Shown here one piece after another: positions 37,871 through 50,214 of a stretch of DNA of 64,000 nucleotides. The stretch spans positions 809,029-873,028 of the forward strand of contig NC_057758.1 in assembly GCF_004010195.1 (NCBI RefSeq). The letters run 5' to 3'. Source of the stretch: Chiloscyllium plagiosum (taxonomy: Eukaryota). A program made the position numbers and the translations under genes. Positions within the stretch are counted from its first letter, which is position 1; every line of letters starts with the position of its first letter. The notes beneath the pieces are model-generated. The model made no database searches. It saw only the letters and a program-made list of their open reading frames with translations, and was not told where the DNA came from.

Positions 37871-39424
37871 TTGCATGTTCAGCTGCTCAGTGCTCTATCC
37901 CAAACTGAGACTGCACTTCAGGGCTGGAAAAAACATCTGAATCAGTCCTGTCACAGCTAAAAATTGTTTCCTAGAACTGAAGCAAAATGTTGCTCAGGCC
38001 ACATTTGAGATTATTGTACGCACCTCTGTAATTCACATGGATGACCGCAGAGTGATTGGCCGTTAAGCATTGTTTTCCTCAGAAAAGACATTCAGCGGGG
38101 CCATGACCGAGAGGTATAACTATGTGAGGAACAGAAAAGGACAAAAGGACAATAATGCCTCCCTTGATTGAGGCATTAATGACCAGAGGGCATCGATATT
38201 CAGTAAGAGAAAGATGATTTACAGAGGATGTGGAATTTTCGTCATCCTCAACTTGTTGAGAATGTGGACCTTAATGGTCCGAAATCTTGTGGATGCAGAA
38301 GCACTCCAAACATTGAAGAAGTATTGAGAATAAAGTACACAACGATGTCTTACGGTTCAAGAAAATACCTCCTGGAAGTGCAGTAGCAGACCTGGGCGCC
38401 TGATCTTATGAAGGAGACAATGATCCGGGAGGGAAGTCAATGCAGCTTAGTAACAGTGCACGATTAAGGGAGTTTTAAATGACGCTATCTTTGGACAGTC
38501 ATGTTTCTTTTATTTTTGAAGGGCGGAGGTGAGACGATATTGTTCTTTTAAAAAACGTTCTGCATTCTTTGGTCGCTTCCTGGACGGCTTGCAAACGACC
38601 GAGTTTCCGATTTATCAGGTGGGTAAGTATTGCTAATGCCTAACAGATACTTCCCAAGGGCAACGTGAGTGTAAAAAGAAACTTTCAGTTTTTTTAAACA
38701 CTTGTACAATGAAAGGGATTTTTGTAGTTTAGTTTGGTTTTAGCAGTTAAAAAGCTGTTGGTAGTAGAGAAGCAGCCAAAGTGAACGAATGACTTGCTGG
38801 AACTTTCTCTCTGATATCTATGCTGCTGGTAACAACCCTTGTTTGATTTTATCTTTTTGCCAAAGAGTCTGATTATGGGCATGTTGCAGGAAATTGAAAC
38901 AGCTCTTTGTTGAGTTCTGGGGATCATGTCCGTTGGGTTTTCGAACAGCTGTTATTTTACACACTATTTTTTGTTTGTGGTATACATTCAGTGGTATGTA
39001 AATCAATTCTGCTTTACTTGAAGTCGAGTTGTTCGAGCATTTGCATCATTTATACGATATCCACCTTATAACACAGAAAAGTGAGGGACTGGGCTACCTT
39101 CTTAATGCGTTTCGTGGCATCTAGCCTTGCCCATTACATACTTTTCTGAATGTTTGTCAAGACTGTTTGAATAAAAACGGATTCGGCCATAATGCAGAAA
39201 TGTTTTTTTTTAATGCCTTCATCAACAATACCTGCCTGCACCATCATCAAAACCCAAGGACTAAGGATTACATTTCTCCTCTTTGGCTGATGTTTTACTG
39301 CATTAAAAGCTACTTGAAGGGTGAAAGTTCCTTCGATGATGACACAGACGATCCTGCAATTTATAATTGTAAAACAACATTGTGCTGATGGAACTCATAA
39401 TGCACACGTTCATTTACTTACAAG

Positions 39425-39810
39425 TCAAACAGTAACAACCACAGACTCAGAGGCACACACACTCAAACTTACTCTCACACTCACATAGATGATAGCTAAA
39501 CACTCTGACGTGCACATTCTCGCACATGCAGAAATACACACCCACGAACACACACACTGACATATACAAACATATACACTCAATTGCGCAGGTGCACATA
39601 CGTTTACATACACAAATGCACTTATGCACAGAAACGAATGCAAACTCACACAGGCAGGCATGGATATGCATTAATACACGTTGAGACACTCGCAAACACA
39701 CATAAACACCACCAAACAAATGCACACAGAGACACATGCAAACTCACAAACACCCTCATATACACATATAAACACAGACACACACATTCGCATGCACACA
39801 GTTGCACGTG
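39425..39810. repeat. Degenerate (CA)n-rich tract
   Basis: cacacacactcaaac...cacacattcgcatgcacac. Confidence 0.85.
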
Positions 39811-39975
39811 AACACTGACAACTGAAAATTTGCGAGCGTTTCAAGGGCATCACGTGCGCATTTGAAAGACAGATTCATGCTCTGCAGTTTGCTTAATATA
39901 TTTCACATACTTCAAGTAAAATTATTACAAGAGATAAGTGAAAGCTGGCTCATTGCTACCTCCAGTCAACATCCA

Positions 39976-40123
39976 CTAATGATCAGGCTTGTCCTTGACA
40001 CGGCTTGCAATGACAAGAAACAGGGCCGGTGGCTCATTCGGCTCTCTGATTTAGCGATACAATGGCGTGTAACGGGGCCGCTTCGTCTGGAAGCATTCAA
40101 ACTCTGATTCCCGTGGGCCATGG
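39976..40123 (-). pseudogene. Possible beta-defensin pseudo-exon
   Basis: tttgcag| then EC-FQTKRP-R/TRH-C-IAKSESRMSHRP-C-FLSLQ/(t)gc-cgt-VKDKPDH*; x6, x12 and x5 spacings equal the intact gene, but it needs two frameshifts and two cgt>tgt changes. Confidence 0.33.
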
Positions 40124-42329
40124 CTGCAAATAGCGCTCCAGCAGACAGTAGGGAGATCGGACAGATCTGTTGGAAGTATATGCCTTTCAATAGCAGCTGA
40201 ACGTTGTGTGAATGGGATTAGGGAGGAACATCCAGTAACAGGCCTCAGACAGTTAGTCTCACGCACACAGAACCACCATTATTCTCTTTGGTGGAGGGAT
40301 CAGCCATGAAAGGGAAAAGATTTAAGGAGATGCCTTTAAAGGAAAGATTTCAGTGGAAAACCAGAATCTGGTTTTCGTCTTCTAATTGGAGATACTTACA
40401 ACTTACCAGCTGTGACGAAATCAGTTTTATTTTAGAATTCCATTAGCCCATAAGAGGTAAGACTAGGATTAGTCAGGTCAGCCCCTCGAGCCTCCGCCAC
40501 CCTTTAAAAGGCTCGAGGTTGATCTCACATTCCTCACATTCACTTTCCTACACTTTCCCCACAAAGATCTATTCCCGCACTGATACAGAATCCATCTCTC
40601 TGAACCTTAAATAAACACCACGATTCTACCCCACCTCCTGTCTCACGCCTCAGAGACAATAAATTTATTCTTTTCCCAATTTAAATTTGTGCCAGTTTTT
40701 CCAGAATTATTACCGACCTACCCCCCTACCCCCATCCCCACCCAATTCTGACACCAGTCCTTTTAATTTGACGATGGGAAACAGCATTTATCGCGTCAAA
40801 ATAGCAAGATTCCTTCAGGGTAGGTAACTACAAGACAAAGAACTACACAGTAATTTTGAAAGAAAAGCAGTAACTGTCGAAGGTCTGGCAGCATCTGGAG
40901 CGAGAAAGCAGCGTTAACTTTTCAGATCCTTTGACCGTTTTTCTGAATATTTCCAGAGTTATTTTCCAACTTTTGTTTTCATTTTCTTTCTGATTTCCAC
41001 TATGTGCTGTCTTTTTTTTTGGTTCGTAATTAACGATGTTACATTTAAATGAAGAACAACAGGTTGAAGATTCAATTTCATCATTTGGCATTGTAATTCA
41101 AGGCCTATGTTTCCATGCCTTATACCGCCTTCAATCCCGTGTGATGTCCTTGTCATTGTACATGGAATGTCAGAACGCATTTTTAGAAGTTACTATTCCA
41201 ATTCCTCAGTCCTTCAATCTCGGCCAACTCGGCTACTGTTGCAGGGAGAATGGATGTGTGAAGAGGCTAAATTCATCATTCGATCTGAACTCCGTCTGGT
41301 GGCAGAGGATGATGCTTTCCCTGAACATGTGTCGTTCTGCCATTCATTTTTCCGGGTGAGACAACAATCTATGCGACTGTCCCTGAACTCAAGAATTCCA
41401 TGAAAAGTTCTGCATGATCAATTATTGTTAAATGCCGTCCGCGTTGCTGTATCTGATCCTTATGTCAATGATGAGTGCTCCTGGAAAACGATAACTACAC
41501 TGATGTTCCTGCTTATCCGTTTTGTTTGGCTTCATGAGCAAATCAAGAACGAGCAGGATTTGTTTCTTTACGTCTACCTTAATATGCTTACCATCCTTAC
41601 TCCTGCTCCCCAACATGGATATTTTTCTCTTATTCCTCTTAAAATGCATCACATTCCTTTGCAATCTCGCCTCTGAAGTGATTCCCAATAGCTGATGATC
41701 CACGTTCGCCTTCTCCTTGCTTGTATCAGACAATGGACCAAGTAGAGCAGATCCTCTTGAATCCTGTAGTGTTCCCCGTTCTGCTGCCTTCCCCAAAATC
41801 TTGCCAAACACACTGGTAGTATCGGAGAGCCGATTCAAGCGGTTTCTTCTACACAGCCGAGTCATTGGTTATACATGACACCTTTCATCCCAACTGTTTC
41901 CACTTGTTGACAAGGTAGTGACGAAGGATCACAGATTCAAAATTTTCCACAAGAGATGTAGAGAAGCATAATTACACAGAAACCTTTACAGGATTTGCAA
42001 AGTTTTGGCTGGGAGTGTGGTGGAGATGGATTCTATCAATAGTTTTTCAAAGTGGAGCTTGATCATTTGAAATGGATAAATGTAGAGGACGACAGCGATA
42101 GGGTTACAGATTGGTCCTGTCTGGGTAGCTCTTTCAGTACCTGGTACTCATTTAGTGAGACGAATGACCTCCTTATATATTTTTAAATTCTATGATTCTG
42201 AATGAACACGTGGAATGGGCAGATTGCTTTGTTTGCATTCCTTACACAATACTTGCTCAGCAAGTCTTCTAAGTTAAAATAGAAAGAGAGCATGGTCATT
42301 CTGCGATGGAAAGAGAAATCCTACAGTTT

Positions 42330-42592
42330 GAAAACAGGTGTTTAGGCTAACAAGTAGATTACGACCCTCAGAACAGTAATCCATCCAGACCTACTTCCTG
42401 CTGACTAATGCACCTAACCTACCCATCACTGAACACTATGGGCAATTTAACACAGCTAATTCACCCAATCTGCACACGGGAAACGCACGCAGAGACGGGA
42501 AAAATGTGCAAACTCCACACACCTGCACGAGGCCACAAACGAACTCTGGTGCTGTGAGGCAGCAGTGCTAAGCATTGAGCCATTCTGCCACC
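42330..42592 (-). mobile_element. Degenerate HE1 SINE
   Basis: gactaatgcacctaacc..atgggcaattta..tgtgcaaactccacac..gctgtgaggcagcagtgcta. Confidence 0.8.
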
Positions 42593-43856
42593 AGTAGTTT
42601 TGCTAAATTTAAAGTACAGCCGCAGCTGCCAGTATGCAGTACTGCTAAGAGACAGGCTCTACCGAAATAAATATATGTGGCAATTGGTTGTTAAATGGAT
42701 TTATCTGAATTTTGCTTGATGCTTTGACAACTATTCAATCTTGAACAGTTACTTTAAGTTATGCCCGTATAAGAAAAGCCAACTGAGCTTGAATTTATAT
42801 TGTATTGGAAATGTCCAACCATCTAGAATCTACGATGTTGGGGGCGATGAAGGACGAAGATATTTTGAAAATTAGTCAGAGAAATTACCTTTCTAAATGG
42901 CGAGCAACTGCCCTATGATGAAATAAACATCTTGCTCAAAGAAATCTCAGAAGGTAATATCTGCGAGAAGTTACCATTTCCTGGTAAAAGCAATAAAGAT
43001 TAAGAAGACAGCAGAGGAAAAGGCAGAAGAATTGGAAGGACAGAAGAAAGTAACAGATTCGGAAGACTGGAATGGAGACAGCAAAAGAGACTGCGTGGAT
43101 TTGAGATTTCGTTAATGTATTGTTTAATAATTTTGTCTTTGCAGCAGCATTTTGTGGTTTTGGGAACAGACAGTAATTAGTTGCAAAAAAGGGCTCGGAT
43201 TTGTTGTTAGCTTTTGTTCCGTGTTCATTGTTGCAGTGAGGAAAGTAAATAGATGCTTCTGAAACAGTGGAAATCAGAGCTTTTCTTTCACTTACTCAGA
43301 CTTTAGCAGAGTACAAGGCGATGTGAGCTTTTCTGGGAAATTTGGTTTTAATTTAGCAGAGAGGTTCGAAAAGATTGGTCTCGTCGTCTGGGATTTGGAC
43401 AGCTTTAGACAGAAAGATTGCTTTCCGAGTTGAGAAAGAATCGACAAAGACTGCCTGAAATCTCCCTAGCATGCACCAACTGGAGAGGGAACATCGCCAA
43501 GGTATTAACCCGGCCAAGCATCAATGATGTCAAATCAAGATCGTACCAGCCTCCCACCGCCTCCAATGAAAAATAATTCTACCTGTGGTAGAGTCTGTGA
43601 CTCCGAAATGTTACCCTACCACCACTGCAGAAGCTAACTTCCGAGTGAAATTGAGTCATTCTCGATTCTGAGGACCATCCAAAGAAGCAGAAGACCTCAG
43701 GAATATGAAGCTCTTCATCCCATGCATTTCTGCTCAGTTAGGATATGAATTTGGGGAACATATGCTAGAGGTTGTACAGACATTAGCGAGGCCACAACCA
43801 AGGCAAACAAACAGACTTTCTGGCAAGAGTGAGTGAGTTGGAAAATAACCCAGTTT

Positions 43857-44165
43857 TAGATTAGATTACCTACAGGAAACAGGACATTTGCCCCAACCAG
43901 TCCACACCGATCCTCCGAAGACTAACCCATCCTGACACATATCCCTCTGACTAATGCACCTATCCCTATGGGCAATTTAGCAAGGGAAATTCATCTGCAC
44001 ATTTTTTGACTGTGGGAGGAAACCAGAGCAGCCGGAGAAAACGCACGCAAACACGGGGAGAACGTGCAAATGCCACATAGACAGTCGCCCGAGGTTGGAA
44101 TCGAATCTGGGAGAATTGCGCTTTGAGGCTAGCAGTGCTAACCACTGAGCCACCGTGCCACCCCA
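43857..44165 (-). mobile_element. HE1 V-SINE, near full length
   Basis: (ttaga)n tail; acacggggagaacgtgcaaa; cagtgctaaccactgagccaccgtgcca head. Confidence 0.92.
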
Positions 44166-44172
44166 ACACCTG

Positions 44173-44244
44173 TTCCCTGACCGGAAATTGAACCCGGGCC
44201 GCCGCTGTGAAAGCGTCGACTCCTAACCACTAGACCACCAGGGT
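44173..44244 (-). tRNA. tRNA-Glu(TTC)-derived copy, probably a pseudogene
   Basis: accctggtggtctagtggttaggagtcgacgcTTTCacagcggcggcccgggttcaatttccggtcagggaa resembles vertebrate tRNA-Glu; 1:72 mismatch and three anticodon-stem mismatches. Confidence 0.85.
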
Positions 44245-45382
44245 TTTAAGTGGGTATCGAATGCTCGAGCGACGAGACAAGTGTAAAATGAAACAGTGGG
44301 CACTGAGGAAAAGGCAAAAAGACTCCAGAAGGCATCCGAAATGCCGAAGGAATTTTATTAATGGGCATTGACAGTCTCCTACTCTTCCAGAGGAAGATTC
44401 TGCATGAATTAATAGAGGTGTCTAAAATTATCAAGTGTTTCGATAATGAGGTTACAAAGGATTGTCTCATCTTCGAATACAGAACATAGAATAGTACAGC
44501 ACAGTGCATGCATTCCGACTCACGATGTTGTGCCAATCATTTCTCTTAAACTAAAGTGAACCAAACCTCCATTTACTGTAGTCCATGTGCTTGTCTAGTA
44601 GTCGCGTAATTGTCCACAGTATCTCTGACTCTGCTGTTGTTGGCAACACTGCAACTGCTGCTGTCCTTACTCGATTGTTGCCAAAAAATTGTGTAAAGAA
44701 TTCAGAGAATAGTTCATCACTCGGATAGTCACAAAAGTTCGTTGAACAATTGCATTTTTCACGATTGAGACCTTGTTTCTCTCTGAGGCAAAACTGCTAT
44801 GTCACCAATCATCCTTCTGTATGTCAAAGTTGTACCTCAAAATTATTGCTGTTAGTAAACTGAAGTTTCGAATCTCACCAGTGGTAAAAATTCTAATAAA
44901 CAGATCTAGAATTATAAATTTACTGCTGACGATTGAATCGTTTTCTATTGACATAAAACCTCACCAGATTCATTCATAGAATAAAGGTGAATGACCTCGC
45001 CTTACCTCGTACATATGCCTTCAGAAACCGACTCTGCGACGACTAACGTCTAATTGCTCTCTGAAACAGCTATTTAGGGCAACGTGACAACAAACAGGCA
45101 ATAAATGCCGTCTGACCTGTAATACATAATGCATAACGATCCTACTCCAGATGCAAGCCCTGAAAAGATTATTTGATTTGAGTTGATTCTGAGTAAATCA
45201 GCTGATAATTAATCTGGTACGAAGTTTTCTTCAAAGGACAGATTATGTCCATGAATATCTAAATCAAACACTACTTTACAAGCTGTGATCGATACAATGT
45301 GTCTGTAAATGAGCACTAATACATGATCTATCAGAGGCAGTAAAACAGGAGTTCACTCCCACGTCCTACATATCCCATCCAG

Positions 45383-45515
45383 CGCCATACAAACTCTGGA
45401 GATCATCTAACTGGCTGAAGTCCGGCTCTTGTCATGCAGATGAACGGAGGAAGAAGCCAACATGGATGAGGTGCTCTGTACATTGGTCTGAAGGTGTTGC
45501 AAATACATTAGGCTT
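45383..45515 (+). pseudogene. Possible beta-defensin pseudo-exon
   Basis: Phase-1 acceptor cccatccag|CG; PYKLWRSSNWLKSGSCHADERRKKPTWMRCSVHWS/RCCKYIR; C3-x3-E motif, C4 and CC present; C1 is TGG, C2 is absent, one frameshift. Confidence 0.33.
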
Positions 45516-46433
45516 CACACAAACACAAACGTTTCGAGACGGGAGTGGAAATCTAGTAGTGGTGTTCACCCACCCCTAAGAATGGGGACTGACGATCTGA
45601 TTGTAGAATGGAGAAATCTGTAGGCCATTCACTCCACCAAAATTGTTCTTTCATTCAGTGAGATCGTGGCCCACCCTTCACTGCATTGTCCTGAAATTTT
45701 CGCCTAATTCTTGATTGGCACTTTTAATCCCCATAGAGATAGATGAGAACAGTCTCTGCTGAATGACAGTAAGGCATCATTTAAGGAGACAATTTTGAGG
45801 GGTCAAGGTGTCACAAAGCTAGCCCGTTTTCTTCTAAATTGTGCTCTGGCTCAATGATATTCTGTTCTTAATTTTCTTCAGAGTGTTAATAAATCCGGCC
45901 ACGCTCCAATTAGTCTGGTTTGGTATGGAGACTTGGTATTGAGAGCCTTTTTCCATTTGTATGCAATCAGGCGAGACTTCAGGTTAAAGCAGTCATGTTT
46001 TAGAAATGACCGGTAAAAGGAAAGGAAAGTGGTCAGTTCTCTCGCTGAGCGGAACAGCTTAATTCAGTACTGAACTGGTTGAGAGTTCAACAGAGAGCTG
46101 TGTGGAAACTCTCTCTTCCATCCTTCTACCTTCAACCTGGAAACATCGGATACTTATTTGTACTGTGCTTTAAAAGGTGTTTGCTTATTGGCACTGTTGT
46201 GTATATTCGGAAGAGTATACTTAAGTCTAGTTTGGATAGATTGCTTCTGTTCTCATATTTCATTGTGTAATCATTTTGAATACATTTTTTGTCAGTTTCA
46301 AATCTGGTAGTCAACGTCTGCAAATTAATCTGCATAACTTTCACTGTACATTTACTGATAAATGTTGCGAGGTTATAGTCTTGGCTGACTGCTTGAAAAT
46401 GTTTTGAGTGGTCTGGCCAAGTAGATAATAAAT

Positions 46434-46451
46434 TGGGGGCTCGTCCGGAAT
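46434..46451 (+). promoter_or_regulatory. Primer-binding site, tRNA-Pro
   Basis: tgggggctcgtccggaat, 17/18 match to the complement of the tRNA-Pro 3' end, directly after the LTR. Confidence 0.85.
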
Positions 46452-48289
46452 TTTAAACATCGAGTGGTCGTTTCAAGTATCTTTATTTATTTTGTTGGTT
46501 TGCTTGGGTGGACAAAGCTTGGGATAGTAAGGGCTCTTTCAGTCGCCAAACGTTTTCTAGATGTGGATGCAGTGACTTTGGAAGTTTTGGAAAATTGAAT
46601 AAGACAAAGCTGCAGGAATTTGCAGAGAATCTGGAATTGAAACTCCTTCCTTTTAAGAGGAAATGAGAGATAATTACATCAGTAGCTTAGTATTTCAACT
46701 GGCTGGAGAAACCATCAGAATCTATAGAGTTGGCAATAATTCAACTGAATATGAAGCAGCTCGAGTTAAAGGCGATCACAATTGTGTGATCACAAGATCA
46801 CAGAGGCACAAGCTGAAGCAGGAGAAATGAAAAGGCACAGTTAAGAAAGTTGACAATGTCCTATCCGAGACTTTTTTGACCAAATAAGTGACACAGTGAA
46901 GAAGCAAAATGTCAACATGCAAGTTTATTTAGCTCTGCTAAGCTGATTCTGTTACAGCAGAAAATGAGAACCTTAAAACGTTATATCAGAAGGCATTCAT
47001 AGAGAAGGAAATTCAATGCATTCCTTGTGTATTATTACTTAGCAAATGATGTCTTATGAAAAAGGAGGCCATCACACATTCAAGTAGATGGGAAATGGGC
47101 AGAGATCCATCAAATTCTTTTGCCAGTAGGGTTTGGAAAGGAGGTGCAGCGAATGTCACATGAGCGACCACTTGGAGGTCATTTAGGTGTGAGGAAAACT
47201 CAGGCTAAAATACAAAGACTTCTTTTTAACTGGCCTGCACTACACAAGGATGTAGTTGAATTTTGCCAGGTATGTCATATGTGTCAGCTAATCGGAAAGC
47301 CAGAGGGAGTAAAGAAACCTGAAAGTTTAATACATCTTCCAGCACTTGAGAGACATTACACAGGTGTCTTGATTGATTGCATAGGTCCCGTACCTCAAAT
47401 AAAATGTGGGAATAAGTATTTATTAACAACAATGGACATGTCGACTAGATTTCCAGAAGCAATCCTATTATGCAACGTCTGAGCTGTAAGGGTTGGAGAA
47501 GAATTACTTAATATTTTTACGAGATGCAGACTGCTGATACAGATCTAGTCAGACAAGGAACAAACTTCACATCCAAACTATTTAGGGATGTTATCGATAG
47601 CTTGGGAATAAAGAAATTCAAATTTACTGCGTACCATCCTGAATCACAGGGCATGCAAGAGAAATGGCATCAAACACTAAAGATCATGTTGCGATCTTAT
47701 GGTCAGGATTATCCAGATGACTGGGATCAGGGAGTTCCGTTTGTACATTTTGCGATAAAAATGAACAGAATAAATCGACCAAATTCAGACCATTTGAATT
47801 ATTTTTGGGCACCAAGTTACAGAACGGTTAAACTTGATGAAGGAGAAATTAAAAACTCAGAATTCAGTGAGCACACAATTGGACTAGGTATCACACTTTA
47901 GAGAATTATTAAGTATAGCTGCATTTACAATTATCAAAGCATAGAATGAAACTGCAAACGGATAAGAAATCACAAATTCATAATTTTGCAATTGGGGATA
48001 AGGTATTACTTCCAGTGAGAGGTCAACACTGAAAAGCAAGCTTTAGGGAACCTTATCAAATCGAGAGAAAATTGAATGAGGTGAACTACTTGATAAGGAC
48101 TCCAGACAGGAAGAAATCGCAAAGAGTATGTCATGTGCATATGCTGAAAAGATATTTTGATAGGGAAGGAAAGCAAGAGGAGATAGTGTTAATCATTACA
48201 GCACAGAAGGAAGAACAAAGCTCAGAGGATTCCGAATTGGCCATTCCTCAAATCAAATTGGACAATGACGAAGTTGTCAAAAATTGGGA

Positions 48290-49714
48290 TAAATAGTTCT
48301 CCCTGTACTCCGTGAGATCTAACCTTGCTGATCAGTGTCCCATGGAGAACCTTGTCGAATGCCTTACTGAAGTCCATATAGATCACATTTACCACTCTGC
48401 CCTCATCAATCCTTTTGGTTACTTCCTCAAAAAACTCAATTAAGTTTGTGACACATAATTTCCCCCGCACAAGAATATCGAAATGATCTCAGAGAGTCAT
48501 AGAGTCATGGAGAGGTACAGCATGGAAACAAACCCTTCGGTCCAACCCGTCCATTCCGCCAAGATAACCCAAACCAATCTAGTCCCACCTGCCAGCACCC
48601 GGCCCATATTCCTACAAACTCTTACTCTTTATATAACCATCCAAATTCCTCTTAAATGTTGCAATTTTACCTGCCTACACCAGGTCCCCGGCAGCTCATT
48701 ACATACACGTACCACCCTCTGTGTGAAAACATTGCCCGTTGGTCTCTTTCATATCTTTCCCCTCTCACCCTCTAGTTCTGGACTCTCTGACCCCAGGAAA
48801 AGACTATGCCTATTTACCCTATCCATGCCCCTCATAATTTTGTAAACTTCTATAAGGTCACCCCACAGCCTCCGACGCTCCAGCGAAAACAGCCCCAGCC
48901 TGCTTGGCCTCTCCCTGTAGCTTAAATCCTTCCAACACTGGCAACATGCTTGAAAATCTTTTCTGTACCCTTTCAAGTTTCACAACATCTTTCCAATGGG
49001 AAGGAGACTAGAATTGCACGCAATATTCCAACAGTGGCCAAACCAATGTCCTGTACAGCTGCAACTTGACCTCCCAACCCCTGTACTGAATACTTTGACG
49101 AAGAAAGGAAAGCATACCAAACGCCTTCTTCACTATCCTATCTACCTGCCACTCCACTTTCAAGGAGCTATGAACCTGCACTCCAAGGTGTCTTTGCTCA
49201 CCAATACTCCCAAGGACCTTTCCATCAAGTGTGTTAGCCCTGCTAAGATTTGCTTTCCCAAAATGCAGCACTTGGCATTTATTTGAATTAAACTCCATCT
49301 GCCCCTTCTCAGTCCATTGGTCCATCTGGTACAGATCCTTCTTCGCTGTCCACTGCACAACCAATTTTGGTGTCACCTGCAAACTTACTAACTGCACAGC
49401 ATTTGCTCATATCCAAATTATTTATGTAAATTACAAATATTAGAAAACCTAGCACCGATCCGATCCTTGTGGAACTCCACTGGTCATAGGCCTCCAGTTT
49501 TCTATCTTTGAGCCAGTTCTGTATCCAAATGGCTAGTTCTTCCTGTACTCCGTGAGATCTAACCTTGCTAATCAGTCTCCCATGGGGAACTTTGTCGAAT
49601 GCCTTTCTGAAGTCCATATAGATCACACCTACCACTCTGCCCTCATCAATCCTTTTTGTTGCTTCCTCAAAAATCTCAATTAAGTTTGTGACACACGATT
49701 TCCCCCCAACAAAG
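48290..49714 (-). mobile_element. Two CR1 pieces nested in the Gypsy element (48290-48475 RT fragment; 48495-49714 RT to 3' tail)
   Basis: TNLIEFFEEVTKRIDEGRVV.VIYMDFSKAFDKV; LEYCVQF; LERRRLWGDLIEVYK. Confidence 0.92.
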
Positions 49715-50214
49715 NNNNNNNNNNNNNNNNNNNNNNNNNNNNNNNNNNNNNNNNNNNNNNNNNNNNNNNNNNNNNNNNNNNNNNNNNNNNNNNNNNNNNN
49801 NNNNNNNNNNNNNNNNNNNNNNNNNNNNNNNNNNNNNNNNNNNNNNNNNNNNNNNNNNNNNNNNNNNNNNNNNNNNNNNNNNNNNNNNNNNNNNNNNNNN
49901 NNNNNNNNNNNNNNNNNNNNNNNNNNNNNNNNNNNNNNNNNNNNNNNNNNNNNNNNNNNNNNNNNNNNNNNNNNNNNNNNNNNNNNNNNNNNNNNNNNNN
50001 NNNNNNNNNNNNNNNNNNNNNNNNNNNNNNNNNNNNNNNNNNNNNNNNNNNNNNNNNNNNNNNNNNNNNNNNNNNNNNNNNNNNNNNNNNNNNNNNNNNN
50101 NNNNNNNNNNNNNNNNNNNNNNNNNNNNNNNNNNNNNNNNNNNNNNNNNNNNNNNNNNNNNNNNNNNNNNNNNNNNNNNNNNNNNNNNNNNNNNNNNNNN
50201 NNNNNNNNNNNNNN
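49715..50214. other. Assembly gap (N run)
   Basis: Ns. Confidence 1.

Noticed and set aside
38500..38630. GC box, CpGs and a gg|gtaagt donor on the plus strand
   Set aside because: No ATG-led frame or downstream partner; cannot support a gene
41227..41416. Minus-strand CRTFHGILEFRDSRIDCCLTRK..
   Set aside because: Only three relevant Cys, an upstream in-frame stop and no acceptor
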